Below, one piece after another: positions 10,984 through 22,500 of a stretch of 64,000 nucleotides of DNA; the first letter of the stretch is position 1; each line of letters starts with the position of its first letter. The stretch comes from Eledone cirrhosa (taxonomy: Eukaryota). The translations under genes were made by a program, and so were the position numbers. Under the pieces are notes generated by a model. It saw only the letters and a program-made list of their open reading frames with translations. It did not search any database and was not told where the DNA came from. The stretch covers positions 62,001 to 126,000 of the forward strand of contig CAXHJY010000082.1 of the NCBI GenBank assembly GCA_964016885.1, written 5' to 3'.

Positions 10984-11551
10984 GATTAATTTAATTAGAC
11001 AATTCTATTGATTGCTTAATTGTTTATGTTTGTTTAATAACATCTAGTTGAGAGCTTTTATTCGGTTTGTGTAAAGGATTTAAATCTTTTGTTCAAATTT
11101 TGAATTTGACTGCCAAAACCGGGGATTACCTCCCTTCGGATAAACCACGTGACTACTGGTGGTGTTTACTACTAGTTCTCACAACCGGTGGCGGCAGAAC
11201 GAAAACTTTTTGACGATGTAAATTCCACTGTTCTATCTTCCAAAACCAATAACTTGCAGGCCCCTGCAAATGGATTTTGTTGATTTCGGATTTACCGAAA
11301 CCTAGCGGAGATATTATATAATATCTCCACGATGGTCCAGGTATGTCAAACATTTTCCTGAGTCGGTCTTTTTCGTTGTTCTGGTCCTAGCGGATCGCTT
11401 ATCGGTCGCTGCCTGCAATTTGCATAGCTGTCTAAACGTAATGTTATAACTCTAAAGTAAAATTCCTTATTGAGTGCTTTAGCTGCACATCCCGAGACTG
11501 CATTCGTTAGCTTGCTGCAACCAGGGCTTCTATTATGCTGTACTTCCTTCT

Positions 11552-11612
<61 letters not shown>

Positions 11613-11691
11613 TCTGTGGTGCTTGCCGAACGCACAATCCATAATCGCTTGGCGCTGAGGTCAGGATTTTACATCTCTCGCTTTCTCTCTG

Positions 11692-11750
<59 letters not shown>

Positions 11751-11852
11751 CCAAAGATTAATATGGTTCGTTGATCACTCAACGAATACAATATTACAAT
11801 AGATTAGAAGCACTCAACAAGAGATTTTCCTGGAGTTTATAATATTATTCAA

Positions 11853-12072
11853 AATGTTAATAAATGAAAAATATTCTCATAATCAAAATATATATTTTAT
11901 TATACATATTTCAAAGGTACAATGGTGTTTAAGTACGTTTTCATCAGACAAAATATATGATTTGATATGTAACATACCGCTACGGTTTTGATTAATCAAT
12001 TCCAGTATTGGCAGTATATATACTATTTTGATTATAAGAATATCTTTCATTTATTAACATTTTGAATAATAT
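11853..12072 (-). mobile_element. Fold-back hammerhead insert, homologous to 16490-16655
   Basis: Arms ~11853-11892 / ~12022-12072. The minus strand of 11855-11995 aligns with 16505-16655 (AAAACCGTAGCGGTATG...ATCAAATC...ATATTTTGTCTGA...). Confidence 0.75.
11894..11955 (-). ncRNA. Minimal type I hammerhead ribozyme
   Basis: Minus strand: ATTTTGT CTGATGA AAACGTACTTAAACACCATTGTACCTTT GAAA TATGTA TA ATAAAAT. Stem II pairing is weak. Confidence 0.65.
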
Positions 12073-12081
12073 ATATATATA

Positions 12082-12304
12082 TAAAGATGAAATCGAAAAT
12101 GCAACTGGAGTAAAATTTAAAAAAATATATATATATATTCATTTGGTTCCTTTACCGGTTTCGCAGTTCTTCTGCTTTTCAAAAGTAGAGTTGAAATGGA
12201 GGGTCTGTGGTTTTTCTCACAGATGTGAGAAAAATGAATATATATATGAATATATATATATTTTTTTAAATAAGACTCCAGTTGCATTTTCGATTTCATC
12301 TTTT
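12082..12304. repeat. Inverted repeat cassette between (TA)n tracts
   Basis: AAAGATGAAATCGAAAATGCAACTGGAGT (12082-12110) pairs with ACTCCAGTTGCATTTTCGATTTCATCTTT (12275-12303), with further pairing of the inner TA-rich parts. Confidence 0.75.
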
Positions 12305-12368
12305 TTTCTCTATACTTTCACTCGTGTAGGACACCGCGGTTATTTTTCATTTTGTAAAAAAACCTCAC

Positions 12369-12508
<140 letters not shown>

Positions 12509-12695
12509 TGTTATACTTGGGGAGGGTCATATTTGTGTAATATTGCCAGAATTAATAACAGAACACACTCACTGTTTGGTTGGTTTTCGCTTCTCGCTGT
12601 CTTTTATATCTGCGATCTAACTTAATCGGTCCTCAATGTTGCCATTGACTGACCGACGGTCAAAAATAATACAGATACAATATAGACACAAACAC

Positions 12696-13080
12696 ATAGA
12701 AGAATAATAGTTAGCTATATCAAGTTGAATAAACCTATTATTATTGTCATATTTAATTTGCCTAAACCACTCAACAACCTCTCCAGTTCCCTTCCACAAG
12801 CTCAGGTTAGATACACAATCCAAGTTCTTAATTTGCAGTATCACCCTGTCAAGAATGTTTTTGCTTAATTTGCCCAGGTCCGATTTTGAAGGTGCGATCA
12901 ATCTAACTGGCAGGTCATTTTCAAAATTCCTCTTGTGGTCCTTCATATTGATCTTCGGTTTCCTGGGCACGAAAGGTTGTGTTCTGTTCTCAATTTCCAA
13001 CTCATGCATTATACAAGATGCTTCAACATTCATTTTCTCAAGTTCGGCCTTATCTGCTACCTTGTATTTTTTCCTCAGCT
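12696..13080 (-). pseudogene. Inverted upstream segment of the PLE reverse transcriptase
   Basis: The minus frame reads ELRKKYKVADKAELEKMNVEASC...KDHKRNFENDLPVRLIAPSKSDLGKLSKNILD...LWKGTGEVVEWF...FIQLDIANYYSS. This is RT motifs 1, 2 and A, and it continues seamlessly into YYSSITPSLL on the + strand at 13082. Confidence 0.9.
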
Positions 13081-13081
13081 C

Positions 13082-14512
13082 TATTATTCTTCTATTACCC
13101 CTAGTCTACTAAATAAGGCACTAAATTACGCATTCAAACATACGGACCTAACTAGCAAAGAAATGCATATTATATTATCGGCTAGGAAAACTTTGATAGA
13201 ATTTGATGACAAATTATGGACCAGAGCAGATAGAGATAGCAATTTTGACATAACTATGGGATCTTCCGACTCAGCTCAGGTAACTGACCTTGTGGGCTTA
13301 TTTTTAATCAATTCGCTACATAGGAAAATACCTGGTACTACCGGAGGTTTATATAGGGATGACATGCTTTTACTTATTAATAATAATAACCCTGAACTAA
13401 ATAGAAAATGTAAACAAATTACAACATTTTTTAATTACTTTAACCTTAAAATAGAAATTGAGAACAACCATAGAATAGTCAATTTCCTAGATATAACATT
13501 AAATCTCAACACATGTCTCCACTATCCTTTTCACAAGTTGAATGAAAACTTAAACTATGTCAACTTTAACTCTAACCACCCCAGATCTGTCAAAAACACT
13601 ATAGTAAACTCAGTCCAAAAACGTATCTCTAGGATCTCGTCGAATAGAAAGATTTTTGACGAAAAGGCCCAATACTATAATGATGCACTAGCTAGGGCAG
13701 GGTATGCTGATAAGATTGTGTACATAGATAATGACAAACAAACTAAACAAAGTAACAACTTTTTTAATTACGGCAACAACATTAACAACTATAATAGAAA
13801 GCATTACAATAATTCCAAAGGACAAAAAAGAAATAGAACTAGGAACATAATTTGGTTTGCCCCCCCTTTCTCACTAAACATTAAAACCCACATCGCTAAA
13901 TTATTTTTCAAAGCTCTTGATAATCGCTTCCCTAGAACACATAGGTACCACTCAATCTTCAATAGGCATACAATTAAATTAACCTACTCATCCACCAAAA
14001 ATTTAGCACAAAATATTAATAGAATAAATAATAGGAACTTAAAACCTACTGATAATAGCATAAATAATATACAAGTTAACAAATGTAACTGTAGAGATAG
14101 ATCTAAATGTCCGTTAAATAACAACTGCTTAGTTAAAAATATAGTATACAATTGTAATGTTAATACTGACTCTAATTCTTTTAACTACGTCGGTTCCACA
14201 TCGACGGAATTTAAACTTCGCTATAATAACCACAAGAATTCTTTCACAGATCCAAATAAAAAATCTTCAACGGCACTATCAGGGGTACTCTGGCAACTTA
14301 AGCTAGATAACGTTAGATATTCGACGGCTTGGAATATAGTCTCAAGAGGGATTCCTTTTAATTCATCCTCTGAGACATGTGACCTCTGCGCAGAGGAGAT
14401 ATTCTTTATACTAAAATCTAAAAATTCCCTTAACCTACGGACAAATTTATTCAGTTGTTGCAAACATAGATTAAACTCAACGTTTAAATATAAATTTAAA
14501 TTTAAAATGTAG
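13082..14512 (+). CDS. Penelope-like element ORF, 5'-truncated: RT (motifs B-E, thumb) + CxCx5C linker + GIY-YIG endonuclease; probably Hydra clade
   Basis: FDITMGSSDSAQVTDLVG, GLYRDDML, VNFLDITLNL, YVNFNSNHP, IIWFAPPFS, CNCRDRSKCPLNNNCL, NIVY...YVGST..FKLRYNNHK, CDLCAEE, NLRTNLFSCCKH. No internal stops. The first ~49 aa of track ORF 12935-14512 are antisense of the inverted segment and not real. Confidence 0.92.
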   Translation, partial: YYSSITPSLLNKALNYAFKHTDLTSKEMHIILSARKTLIEFDDKLWTRADRDSNFDITMGSSDSAQVTDLVGLFLINSLHRKIPGTTGGLYRDDMLLLINNNNPELNRKCKQITTFFNYFNLKIEIENNHRIVNFLDITLNLNTCLHYPFHKLNENLNYVNFNSNHPRSVKNTIVNSVQKRISRISSNRKIFDEKAQYYNDALARAGYADKIVYIDNDKQTKQSNNFFNYGNNINNYNRKHYNNSKGQKRNRTRNIIWFAPPFSLNIKTHIAKLFFKALDNRFPRTHRYHSIFNRHTIKLTYSSTKNLAQNINRINNRNLKPTDNSINNIQVNKCNCRDRSKCPLNNNCLVKNIVYNCNVNTDSNSFNYVGSTSTEFKLRYNNHKNSFTDPNKKSSTALSGVLWQLKLDNVRYSTAWNIVSRGIPFNSSSETCDLCAEEIFFILKSKNSLNLRTNLFSCCKHRLNSTFKYKFKFKM

Positions 14513-14907
14513 TATATTTAGTTTGATTTATATTTATATGAGAACTAGCCGATAAATCTTTTGATTCCTAAATCTTTGATTCCCTCTTTTTACTCTTTTT
14601 ATTGTTTATTTTATTTTATTTATTTTTATTTTTATTTTTATCTAAACATTCCTCATGAAAAATTAAGCTACCCTAAAAGCCGATGCTCCAAATTTTTTTG
14701 AATTAACCTTACACTAAATAAACTTATATATTAAATATAGGAACATATGTAGACATTATTGGACATCATAATCTTTTTTGCGATATTCCTTGCTAGATGT
14801 GATTTGATAGATAATTTTTGGCTTTGTCTTGTAATGAACTTGGCAATATATTGTCAATTAATTTTGAAGGGTTGTTCTTTGTGGTTTATTTTTATTTTTT
14901 ATTTTCA

Positions 14908-14938
<31 letters not shown>

Positions 14939-15617
14939 TTTATTTTTATTTTTATTCTTTTAGTATTGTAGTATTCTATAATATTTTTATTTTTTATTTT
15001 ATTTTTATTTTTAATATTTTTATATGTAAATTTTTAATACGTAATATTTTTAATACGTAGTATTTTTAATATGCAATATTTTTATTATATAATATTCTTT
15101 CGTAATATTTTTTTTTTTTAGTTTTCTATTCTATATTTTTATATATTTTTACTTATTATCATTATTATTGTTATCTTTGTTTATAATATAATATATATTT
15201 TCGATTAGTATATTGAAATCTGCTCTCTATTTCTGCTTGATAGATAATCTTGTAGAGTAATCGCAAGAATAATAATACGCTCAAATTTTTATACCACATT
15301 GAGAATGTTTTCCGGTAACTTAAGGTTTGCGGAGTGAATCAGTTGGATTCACATTGATGTTTGTAGCTGTCACATAGACATATGAATTTTTTAAAACTAA
15401 ACATAAGATAAGGAATTTTCACACATTGTGAATACTTGTTTCATTCAGGAATACTGAAATTTACAATATAGTGTAAGTTTTATAAATACTAATACATTAA
15501 AACATAGGGTTTTCTACGCCTCGAATATGTCTGGCTATTTTTGAATTTTTTAAATTTTTTCTCTCTCTATATCTCTCTATATCTCTCTATATATCTCCCT
15601 TACATTAATACTTGAGC

Positions 15618-15652
<35 letters not shown>

Positions 15653-15654
15653 AT
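15618..15654. repeat. (TAAA)n microsatellite
   Basis: Directly visible. Confidence 0.9.
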
Positions 15655-16026
15655 GCATCATTGATACACTTACTCAAAATGACCTCCCACTACCTAATTT
15701 TCTATACATTTTCTATATATATATATGTATCTATCTCTATTTCCTCTCTCTTTATATATATCTCTTTCTGTCTCTTTACATGAAGCTCTTCGCTTTATCT
15801 ATTTTTCCATCTCTCTATTTTGTCCCATGCATTTCTTCTTTTTCTTTTTCTTTTTTTTCTTTTTCTTCCTTTTCTTCGTTTTGTCTTTCTTTCTTTCTTA
15901 TTTCCCTCTTTTCTCTCTCTCTTTCTTTCTCTCTGTATTTTCACTGCTAGCGTAAACCTCTTCAAATGAAGTTGATGTTTATTACGGTATGTCGAATATA
16001 TTTATCTATAAAACTGTTTATATTGT

Positions 16027-16090
16027 ATTTTGTCTGATGAAGGCATAGCATATTGTTAATATGATATCCCCGAAATATATATAATGAAAT
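16027..16090 (+). ncRNA. Minimal type I hammerhead ribozyme
   Basis: ATTTTGT CTGATGA (16034-16040), stem II with CATATT/AATATG, GAAA (16072-16075), TATATA, TA, ATGAAAT. Followed by a tail shared with 4800-4845 and then (TA)n. Confidence 0.7.
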
Positions 16091-16129
16091 AAATATGGTT
16101 TTATAAATATAGTTTTCCATTTATTTAAT

Positions 16130-16179
<50 letters not shown>

Positions 16180-16343
16180 ACGGTTTTTTATTCTCCCCTC
16201 TATTTCATCCTTTTCTTTTTCTTTTCCTTTTCTTCGTTTTTCTTTATTCCCCTTCGTTTTCTCTTTCTTTCTCTCCCCACATCTTCCCTCTCTTTTGTTT
16301 TTATTTCTCCTTTCTCTTACATCTTTTTTCTTCTTTTATTCCG

Positions 16344-16375
<32 letters not shown>

Positions 16376-16542
16376 CATTGCATCCCACTTCTATATTTCT
16401 ACCTTGCTCTACGTCCTCTTCTTCTCTAAGTTTATCATATTATTTGTGGTATAAAAACGTTGAGAGTTGGGGAAATAAATCACCGCCACTACTTGAATTT
16501 AATACTCAAAACCGTAGCGGTATGCCGCATATCAAATCTGAT

Positions 16543-16603
16543 ATTTTGTCTGAGGAAAACGTACTTAAACACCATTGTACCCTTGAAATATGTATAATAA
16601 AAT
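16543..16603 (+). ncRNA. Minimal type I hammerhead ribozyme
   Basis: ATTTTGT CTGAGGA (16550-16556) ... GAAA (16585-16588) TATGTA TA ATAAAAT, then a ~50-nt tail and (TA)n. Confidence 0.65.
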
Positions 16604-16661
16604 GTCTATTTTGATTATGAGAGTATTTTTCATTTATTAATATATTGAATAATATATATAT

Positions 16662-16732
<71 letters not shown>

Positions 16733-16735
16733 TAT

Positions 16736-16808
<73 letters not shown>

Positions 16809-16811
16809 TAT

Positions 16812-16895
<84 letters not shown>

Positions 16896-16948
16896 ATTTC
16901 ACACTTCACTGCTCGCAAGTGTTTTTTAAGCTTCATATCATGTCTCCC

Positions 16949-17019
16949 TATTTTATCTGATGAGAACGCAAATATCATCCCATGATGATATTTGTTTCTG
17001 AAATGCGCATAATAAAATA
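16949..17019 (+). ncRNA. Minimal type I hammerhead ribozyme
   Basis: Perfect 8-bp stem I TATTTTAT/ATAAAATA; CTGATGA 16957-16963; long stem II CAAATATCATC/GATGATATTTG; GAAA 17000-17003; palindromic TGCGCA; TA, with predicted cleavage after 17011. Lies in a ~165-bp island between two (TA)n tracts. Confidence 0.88.
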
Positions 17020-17433
17020 CATGGAACTCTTTTAACCATCTTTTGATTTTATATTATATATATATATATATATACATTCTCACAAGCTCCTATGAATTGA
17101 CTGGTTACAACTATGTATTGGTGATCGAATGACGTGAAAACAAGCGGGTAGCGATCTCTAGACCTACCAGTTCAGAGAAACAATTGTCAGCAATGAGATT
17201 AAAAACCTTTTTTGTATAGCAAACCGTGTCACTCTTTTTTCCTGATTTATCATTACTCCAAGTGTTTACAACATAGAAATTACCGCGTACTCGCAGCATC
17301 ACTATGGAACCCCTTGTTGAGTCAAACTTAGCCAAGCGTTGATATCATCCACTACTCGGAGTACCCTAACTGGACTACACTTAAGTGGACTACCTATAAC
17401 AATAATCTGTTACCCCGTATATATATATATATT

Positions 17434-17507
<74 letters not shown>

Positions 17508-17514
17508 ATATAGA

Positions 17515-17560
17515 TGAGATTCTACAGGACTAGAACTGTTTCATTCTTTAGAAATCATCA

Positions 17561-17561
<1 letters not shown>
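17515..17561 (-). ncRNA. Hammerhead core, truncated at the 5' strand of stem I
   Basis: Minus strand: CTGATGA TTTCTAAAGAAT GAAA CAGTTC TA GTCCTGTAGAATC, in a ~55-bp island within (TA)n. Confidence 0.55.
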
Positions 17562-17598
<37 letters not shown>

Positions 17599-17602
<4 letters not shown>

Positions 17603-17772
17603 AGGTTCAGGACCACGACGGCAGAGCTTAAGTCCAGAAATATCCGTCGAAACGGCTTGAGCTCTGCGGTCGTGATCCTGAACCATTTCCTATTACCCAT
17701 TCTACTACCCAAAGTATCGAGTACTCTGGTGCGTTATGGTTCACCTGGTTCCTTACCACACTCCCTTCGTTA
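17599..17772 (+). mobile_element. Short element with 5' hairpin in (TA)n, family copy 2
   Basis: Homologous to 3992-4155, with its own inverted arms (GGTTCAGGACCACGACGGCAGAGCTTAAG / CTTGAGCTCTGCGGTCGTGATCCTGAACC). Confidence 0.7.
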
Positions 17773-18393
17773 TATATATATATATTAGAAATTAGAAATT
17801 ATAAGCTTTCACCGTATTTTAGACTAAATAAATTTCTAGCCTGATAGTGGGGTTTATAACCTTCGGAGAAATGGAAAAAGATGAGTGTTGCCGTACATAT
17901 ATATAATGTGTGTTTCAAAGTTTGTTATATATGTCATAGATCCTCTTCTATTATCTATTCTTTATTAACCTGCTTCTTATTTTAATCAAAAACTCAAGGC
18001 ACCATTCTTTTTTTCTTGTATGCTTTTTATGTTGCCGCTTTTCAGAATTATTCAAAATTTTCTCTAAGTTTATATCCATGGAAAATATCCAGTGAATTTT
18101 TTCCTTGTCGGAAATCCCTAAACATTTTTGTCGTAGAAAGTTTCTTAACCTCTCGAAGTCTTCAAATGCTTTGAAAAGCTATGTTTACACACTCCAATTT
18201 AAAAATAAGAGGATAAGTAGAAGATAATTTTTTTTAAAAGAGGAATAAACCTTTTTTAAATAAAATATTTACATTAGCATGTTGTTTTTTTGCGTTAACC
18301 ATTTCGTTTTGTTGTGTTTTTGCATTAACCATTTCGTTTCCATATTTCTGATGGTAAGACATTGCCTATTATTTTCAAATGTTTTTCAAATGA

Positions 18394-18582
18394 GAGCGGT
18401 GGATTGGCAGTATCGGTAGAGGGTCGGATGCCATGCTTTGACGCATAGAGTTACAGCCCTTGCCATTCAGAGTTCAAATCTCGCCGACGTTAACTTTGCC
18501 TTTCATCCTTACGGGGTCGATAAAATAAAGTACCAGTAATGCACTGGGTAATTGCTGGCCTTGTGCCGAAAGTAGAAACTAT
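18394..18582 (+). mobile_element. tRNA-derived SINE, copy 2, with target-site duplication
   Basis: Similar to 836-998, with A/B boxes. Flanked by TTTTCAAATGA at 18383-18393 and 18585-18595. Confidence 0.85.
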
Positions 18583-18787
18583 TATTTTCAAATGATTTTG
18601 AATAAGTCAAGTATTTGTAACTAACGTTTTCATTATTAAGGTGGTGTTTGGAACTTAACATAAAGTCTCTATATAGAATTATAATGGAAAATGTTTGGAT
18701 AATTTTGTATCACATAACCATGGGCGCTTTGGCATCAACAGTTTTAAGACGATTGTGTGGGGTCTTGTGCCAAAATTAAAAACTATG

Positions 18788-18892
18788 TAGGGTAGTGGAT
18801 TAGCAGAATCTATGGAGTATCGGACAACATGTTTGCGATATTTTTATCCGGTTCTTTCCACTCTGAGTTCAAACTCTATGGAGGCCAAATTT
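18788..18892 (+). mobile_element. Older SINE 5' fragment of a related family
   Basis: GGTAGTGGATTAGCAGAATC...TCGGACAACATGTTT...CTCTGAGTTCAAACTCT. Preceded by a SINE-tail-like GGTCTTGTGCCAAAATTAAAAAC. Confidence 0.6.
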
Positions 18893-19297
18893 GGCTACTG
18901 ATCGAGAAACCATGTAGAAGCTCCTCCTCAAAAAACAATTGACCCAATTATCCTCTCCCCGCTCCCACCAGCTCGGTGTGTGTTAAAAGATCTGTGAAAG
19001 TCAATCAACCCCTATTTGTTACTTGATCTAACACAACAACCTTGTCTTAACATCCTTGACATAAACAGAGAGACAAACAGACAGAGGGGGAGAAAAAGTC
19101 AGAGAGGGTGAGAGTGAGAATGAGTGAGAGAGAAGGGGTGGTAAACGGTAGCATCCCCAGAGAGTGCTCCTAAACATCAATCCCCTCATTGCTTCTTCCT
19201 TCATAAAGAAACAATTGACCCCACTTTAAATATATAAGAAAATATAAAAAGAGAAACATTTAAAAGAAAGAGGTTCATATTTCTAAACATGTGTGTA

Positions 19298-19592
19298 TGG
19301 TGGTGGTGGTGGTGGTGTATGGTGCATGATGGGGATGATGGGGATGTGGCTGGTGGTGGTGGTGGTGGTGGTGGGGGTGATGGTGGTTTGGGCGTGAGTA
19401 TGCTACTGGTGATGACAATGGTGGTGGTGGTGGTGGTGGTTACTGTAATAGTAGTGATGATGTTGGTAATGACAGCGGTGGTTGTGGTGATGGTAGTAGC
19501 GATGGTGAAGGTGGCGGGGGTGGTTATGGTAGTGGTTGTACAATGTTGATGCCTATGATGATGATAATGGCGATGATGTTGATCATGATGGT
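19298..19592. repeat. Degenerate (GGT/GAT)n microsatellite grading into the satellite
   Basis: Directly visible. Confidence 0.9.
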
Positions 19593-22500
19593 GGTGATGA
19601 TGACTCTGGTGATGATGACTATGGTGATGGTAATGTTGGTGATGATGACTCTGGTGATGATGACTATGGTGATGATGACTCTGGTGATGATGACTATGGT
19701 GATGGTAATGTTGGTGATGATGACTCTAGTGATGATGACTATGGTGATGATGACTATAGTGATGATGACTATGGTGATGATGACTATGGTGATGATGACT
19801 CTGGTGATGATGACTATGGTGATGATGACTCTGGTGATGATGACTATGGTGATGATGACTATGGTGATGATGACTATGGTGATGATGACTATGGTGATGA
19901 TGACTATGGTGATGATGACTCTGGTGATGATGACTATGGTGATGATGACTCTGGTGATGATGACTATGGCGATGATGACTATGGTGATGATGACTATGGT
20001 GATGATGACTCTGGTGATGATGACTATGGTGATGATGACTCTGGTGATGATGACTATGGTGATGATGACTATGGTGATGATGACTATGGTGATGATGACT
20101 ATGGTGATGATGACTCTGGTGATGATGACTATGGTGATGATGACTATGGTGATGATGACTATGGTGATGATGACTATGGTGATGATGACTCTGGTGATGA
20201 TGACTATGGTGATGATGACTATGGTGATGATGACTCTGGTGATGATGACTCTGGTGATGATGACTCTGGTGATGATGACTCTGGTGATGATGACTATGGT
20301 GATGATGACTATGGTGATGATGACTATGGTGATGATGACTCTGGTGATGATGACTATGGTGATGATGACTATGGTGATGATGACTATGGTGATGATGACT
20401 ATGGTGATGATGACTCTGGTGATGATGACTATGGTGATGATGACTCTGGTGATGATGACTATAGTGATGATGACTATGGTGATGATAACTCTGACGATGA
20501 TGACTATGGTGATGATGACTATGGTGATGATGACTCTGGTGATGATGACTATGGTGATGATGACTATGGTGATGATGACTCTGGTGATGATGACTATGGT
20601 GATGATGACTATGGTATGATGACTATGGTGATGATGACTCTGGTGATGATGACTATGGTGATGATGACTATGGTGATGATGACTATGGTGATGATGACTC
20701 TGGTGATGATGACTATCGTGATGATGACTATGGTGATGATGACTATGGTGATGATGACTCTGGTGATGATGACTATGGTGATGATGACTATGGTGATGAT
20801 GACTATGGTGATGATGACTCTGTTGATGATGACTATGGTGATGATGACTATGGTGATGGTGACTATGGTGATGATGACTCTGGTGATGATGACTATGGTG
20901 ATGATGACTATGGTGATGATGACTCTGGTGATGATGACTCTGGTGATGATGACTATGGTGATGATGACTATGGTGATGATGACTATGGTGATGATGACTC
21001 TGGTGATGATGACTATGGGGATGATGACTATGGTGATGATGACTCTGGTGATGATGACTATGGTGATGATGACTCTGGTGATGATAACTATAGTGATGAT
21101 GACTATGGTGATGATGACTCTGGTGATGATGACTCTGGTGATGATGACTATGGGGATGATGACTATGGTGATGATGACTCTGGTGATGATGACTATGGGG
21201 ATGATGACTATGGTGATGATGACTCTGGTGATGATGACTATGGTGATGATGACTCTGGTGATGATGACTATGGTGATGATGACTATGGTGATGATGACTC
21301 TGGTGATGATGACTCTGGTGATGATGACTATGGTGATGATGACTATGGTGATGATGACTCTGGTGATGATGACTATGGTGATGATGACTCTGAGGATGAT
21401 GACTATGGTGATGATGACTAGGTGATGATGACTCTGGTGATGATGACTATGGTGATGATGACTATGGTGATGATGACTATGGTGATGATGACTATGGTGA
21501 TGATGATTATGGTGATGATGACTCTGGTGATGATGACTATGGTGATGATGACTCTGGTGATGATGACTCTGGTGATGATGACTCTGGTGATGATGACTAT
21601 GGTGATGATGACTATGGTGATGATGACTATGGTGATGATGACTATGGTGATGATGACTCTGGTGATGATGACTATGGTGATGATGACTATGGTGATGATG
21701 ACTATGGTGATGATGACTATGGTGATGATGACTCTGGTGATGATGACTCTGGTGATGATGACTATGGTGATGATGACTATGGTGATGATGACTATGGTGA
21801 TGATGACTCTGGTGATGATGACTATGGTGATGATGACTATGGTGATGATGACTATGGTGATGATAACTATGGTGATGATGACTATGGTGATGATGACTCT
21901 GGTGATGATGACTATGGTGATGATGACTCTGGTGATGATGACTATGGTGATGATGACTATGGTGATGATGACTCTGGTGATGATGACTATGGTGATGCTG
22001 ACTCTGGTGATGATGACTATAGTGATGATGACTATGGTGATGATGACTCTGACGATGATGACTATGGTGATGATGACTATGGTGATGATGACTCTGGTGA
22101 TGATGACTATGGTGATGATGACTATGGTGATGATGACTCTGGTGATGATGACTATGGTGATGATGACTATGGTGATGATGACTATGGTGATGATGACTCT
22201 GGTGATGATGACTATCGTGATGATGACTATGGTGATGATGACTATGGTGATGATGACTCTGGTGATGATGACTATGGTGATGATGACTATGGTGATGATG
22301 ACTATGGTGATGATGACTCTGGTGATGATGACTATGGTGATGATGACTATGGTGATGATGACTATGGTGATGATGACTCTGGTGATGATGACTATGGTGA
22401 TGATGACTATGGTGATGATGACTCTGGTGATGATGACTCTGGTGATGATGACTATTGTGATGATGACTATGGTGATGATGACTATGGTGATGATGACTCT

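Noticed and set aside
11000-11552. Complex island with small hairpins (TTTCGG/CCGAAA, GGAGATATTATATAATATCTCC)
   Set aside because: Probably another repeat fragment, but it has no intact ribozyme core, long arms or recognisable protein motif.
14590-16460. Phe/Ile-rich 'membrane protein' ORFs
   Set aside because: They come from T-rich low-complexity sequence.
17075-17418. 340-bp unique island between (TA)n tracts with a 74-aa minus-strand ORF
   Set aside because: No recognisable domain, splice signals or structure. It cannot be classified by eye.
17950-18180. ~75-codon open frame on the minus strand (FKAFEDFERLRNFLRQKCLG...KRQHKKH...)
   Set aside because: It might be a retroelement N-terminal remnant, but I recognise no motif. 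It needs a tBLASTn/HMM search.
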